64,000 nucleotides of DNA from Gammaproteobacteria bacterium (GTDB lineage: Bacteria > Pseudomonadota > Gammaproteobacteria > Eutrophobiales > Eutrophobiaceae): positions 1,440,001 to 1,504,000 of the forward strand of contig CBDEUK010000002.1 in assembly GCA_965243205.1 (NCBI GenBank), given 5' to 3'. The translations under genes and the position numbers were made by a program. This document shows positions 62,468-64,000 of this stretch, piece after piece; within the stretch, counting starts at the first letter, position 1, and each line of letters starts with the position of its first letter. The notes below the pieces were generated by a model. The model saw only the letters and a list, made by a program, of their open reading frames with translations. It had not been told where the DNA came from and did not search any database.

Positions 62468-63409
62468 TTAACGAGAAGTTAATTTTTTTACGATATTTTC
62501 TGCTAAGACTTGTATCGTCGATATGCTGCCGTAAGGCCAATTTTCCTTCAACTGAATCAATTGCGTATTAGAGTTATTAACATCGACTATTTGATTAGAG
62601 CATACTCCGTAGCAAAATAAATAGTCAGGAGAACTATTATGTATTTCTTGTCGAGTAATGTTTTGCTCACCAAATTTGGTTTCTTTTGAAATAACTAAAT
62701 TTTTTAATCCTAAATACTCAACACCCCAACCTATAATACTATGAGGTGAATACGCAATCATATTCCCATCTGAAAATCTTCTTGCAACAATCACAGAAGG
62801 CATATCATATCCAAAATGTTTTTGAAGCGAATCTTTATATTTATTTAATTTATTTTTTAAATTTGTAACTAATTTATCTGACAAAGATTGTTTCTTAAAT
62901 ATTTCAGAAATTTGTTTATTCCTTTTTAGTACAATTTCGCCATTACTATTAAATCGTGAGCTAAAATTTTGATAATATAATACTTTGGTTATTCTTGATA
63001 ATGGTCTAGATAAATTTTTCTGATCAGTCCCTAAAATAATCAAATCAGGTTTAAGCGCAGAAATTACCGCAAGTGATGGAGATTGTCGTAGACCAATATC
63101 TTTAATCGTTTGAGGTAAATTTGAAAACGGCGAATATTTTTTATATTGCTCTATTTCAGGAGCACCAATCGGAATAATATCTAAATCTAATAATTGTTCT
63201 AATAAAGTCCAATCGGTAACAACCACACGTTTTGGTGGCTCAATAAAATAATGTTTGCCAAATGAATCAACCACCATATATGTTTGATCATTGGCTATCT
63301 TTTCAGCAATAGATAAATCTGAAAAGAAGAGTAGAACTAAAAATACAAATTTATAGAAGTTTAAATTGCAAATAGTAAGCTTGGATAAAAGATGCTGCAA
63401 AGCTAACAC
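62468..63409 (-). CDS. Iron-siderophore ABC substrate-binding protein (FhuD-like)
   Basis: 'PKRVVVTDW', 'DIGLRQSPSL..I..LKPDLII'; start uncertain. Confidence 0.75.
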   Translation of the reverse strand: MLALQHLLSKLTICNLNFYKFVFLVLLFFSDLSIAEKIANDQTYMVVDSFGKHYFIEPPKRVVVTDWTLLEQLLDLDIIPIGAPEIEQYKKYSPFSNLPQTIKDIGLRQSPSLAVISALKPDLIILGTDQKNLSRPLSRITKVLYYQNFSSRFNSNGEIVLKRNKQISEIFKKQSLSDKLVTNLKNKLNKYKDSLQKHFGYDMPSVIVARRFSDGNMIAYSPHSIIGWGVEYLGLKNLVISKETKFGEQNITRQEIHNSSPDYLFCYGVCSNQIVDVNNSNTQLIQLKENWPYGSISTIQVLAENIVKKLTSR

Positions 63410-63448
63410 CTCGCATTATAAAACTAAGTAGAATGATTCTAGTAATTA

Positions 63449-64000
63449 CTAAGCAACATTCACGCTTCGAGGTTCTGAGTCTTTTAAAGCAACCAACGCA
63501 AGCAGTCCTACAATCATCATTCCACTCACTGCATAGAGTGGAATAGCAAAGCTTCCAGTAAAATGTGCCAAATTACCAAATGAAATGGGAGATAGAATCT
63601 GTGCTATACAATAACCAAGTGTTAATTGAGCCATCACTTGTGTTGCTCGTGTTCCGTATAATCGTCCGACCGTACTTAAGGTCAGTGATACAATGCCAAT
63701 GAAGGTAAACCCAAATAACACACTAGCAATTATGGTTGTATATAAATTAACTTGAGAAGCCAAAACTAAATTACCAACGATATTTAAAATAAACGCCGCT
63801 CTTAATGCATTGAGGCTACCTATTCGTTTAGCAATTTTGTCCCAGAAAACTGGAGCAATGACAACTGAAACTCCAACCACTAACCAGATTCGTGCACCCA
63901 ATCCAACTAATGGTTGTAACTCTGCCATTAATGATGAAAATGTTACATTTAATGTATTACTAAAACCTGCACAGAAATATGCAATCGACAAAAACCATAA
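63449..64000 (-). CDS. YbfB/YjiJ-like MFS transporter, 3' part (runs off window end)
   Basis: 'YFCAGF', 'WLVVG', 'FGFTFIGIVSL', 'LT..Y..AQI'. Confidence 0.75.
   Translation of the reverse strand, partial: LWFLSIAYFCAGFSNTLNVTFSSLMAELQPLVGLGARIWLVVGVSVVIAPVFWDKIAKRIGSLNALRAAFILNIVGNLVLASQVNLYTTIIASVLFGFTFIGIVSLTLSTVGRLYGTRATQVMAQLTLGYCIAQILSPISFGNLAHFTGSFAIPLYAVSGMMIVGLLALVALKDSEPRSVNVA

Noticed and set aside
1-64000. CRISPR array, rRNA, IS/transposase, integrase, prophage genes
   Set aside because: No regularly spaced repeats or recognisable motifs found by eye.

Overview
AT-rich gammaproteobacterial chromosome segment. Core housekeeping blocks are folM...folK-folB/plsY/tsaD/rpsU-yqeY-dnaG-rpoD-tRNA-Ile2(CAU), HIT-aroG, zur-znuABC, tusA, osmC-crp-tRNA-Met, miaB-phoH-ybeY-corC-lnt and hemE. 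An accessory region starts right after tRNA-Ile2 (about 9.1-18.4 kb). It has five sequence-unrelated VPLPA/PEP-CTERM-type surface proteins, orphan lipoproteins, a probable solo integron gene cassette (one full and one half attC, no intI), a frameshifted SRAP-like pseudogene and a Cys-rich PstS/DING-like secreted protein. Next come a Zur-boxed zinc-starvation cluster, a carbonic anhydrase-SulP-NhaA block, a tungstate ABC operon with a porin and ModE/FdsR-type regulator, and exported MsrB/MsrA. The most striking unannotated element is at 60.4-60.6 kb (minus strand): a near-consensus sigma70 promoter, a near-leaderless 32-aa leader ORF, and alternative protector/antiterminator/terminator pairings. 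It looks like a ribosome-controlled attenuator in front of an unknown secreted protein and msrBA. No CRISPR array, rRNA, transposase or integrase was seen. All family calls come from motif recognition by eye; no database was searched.
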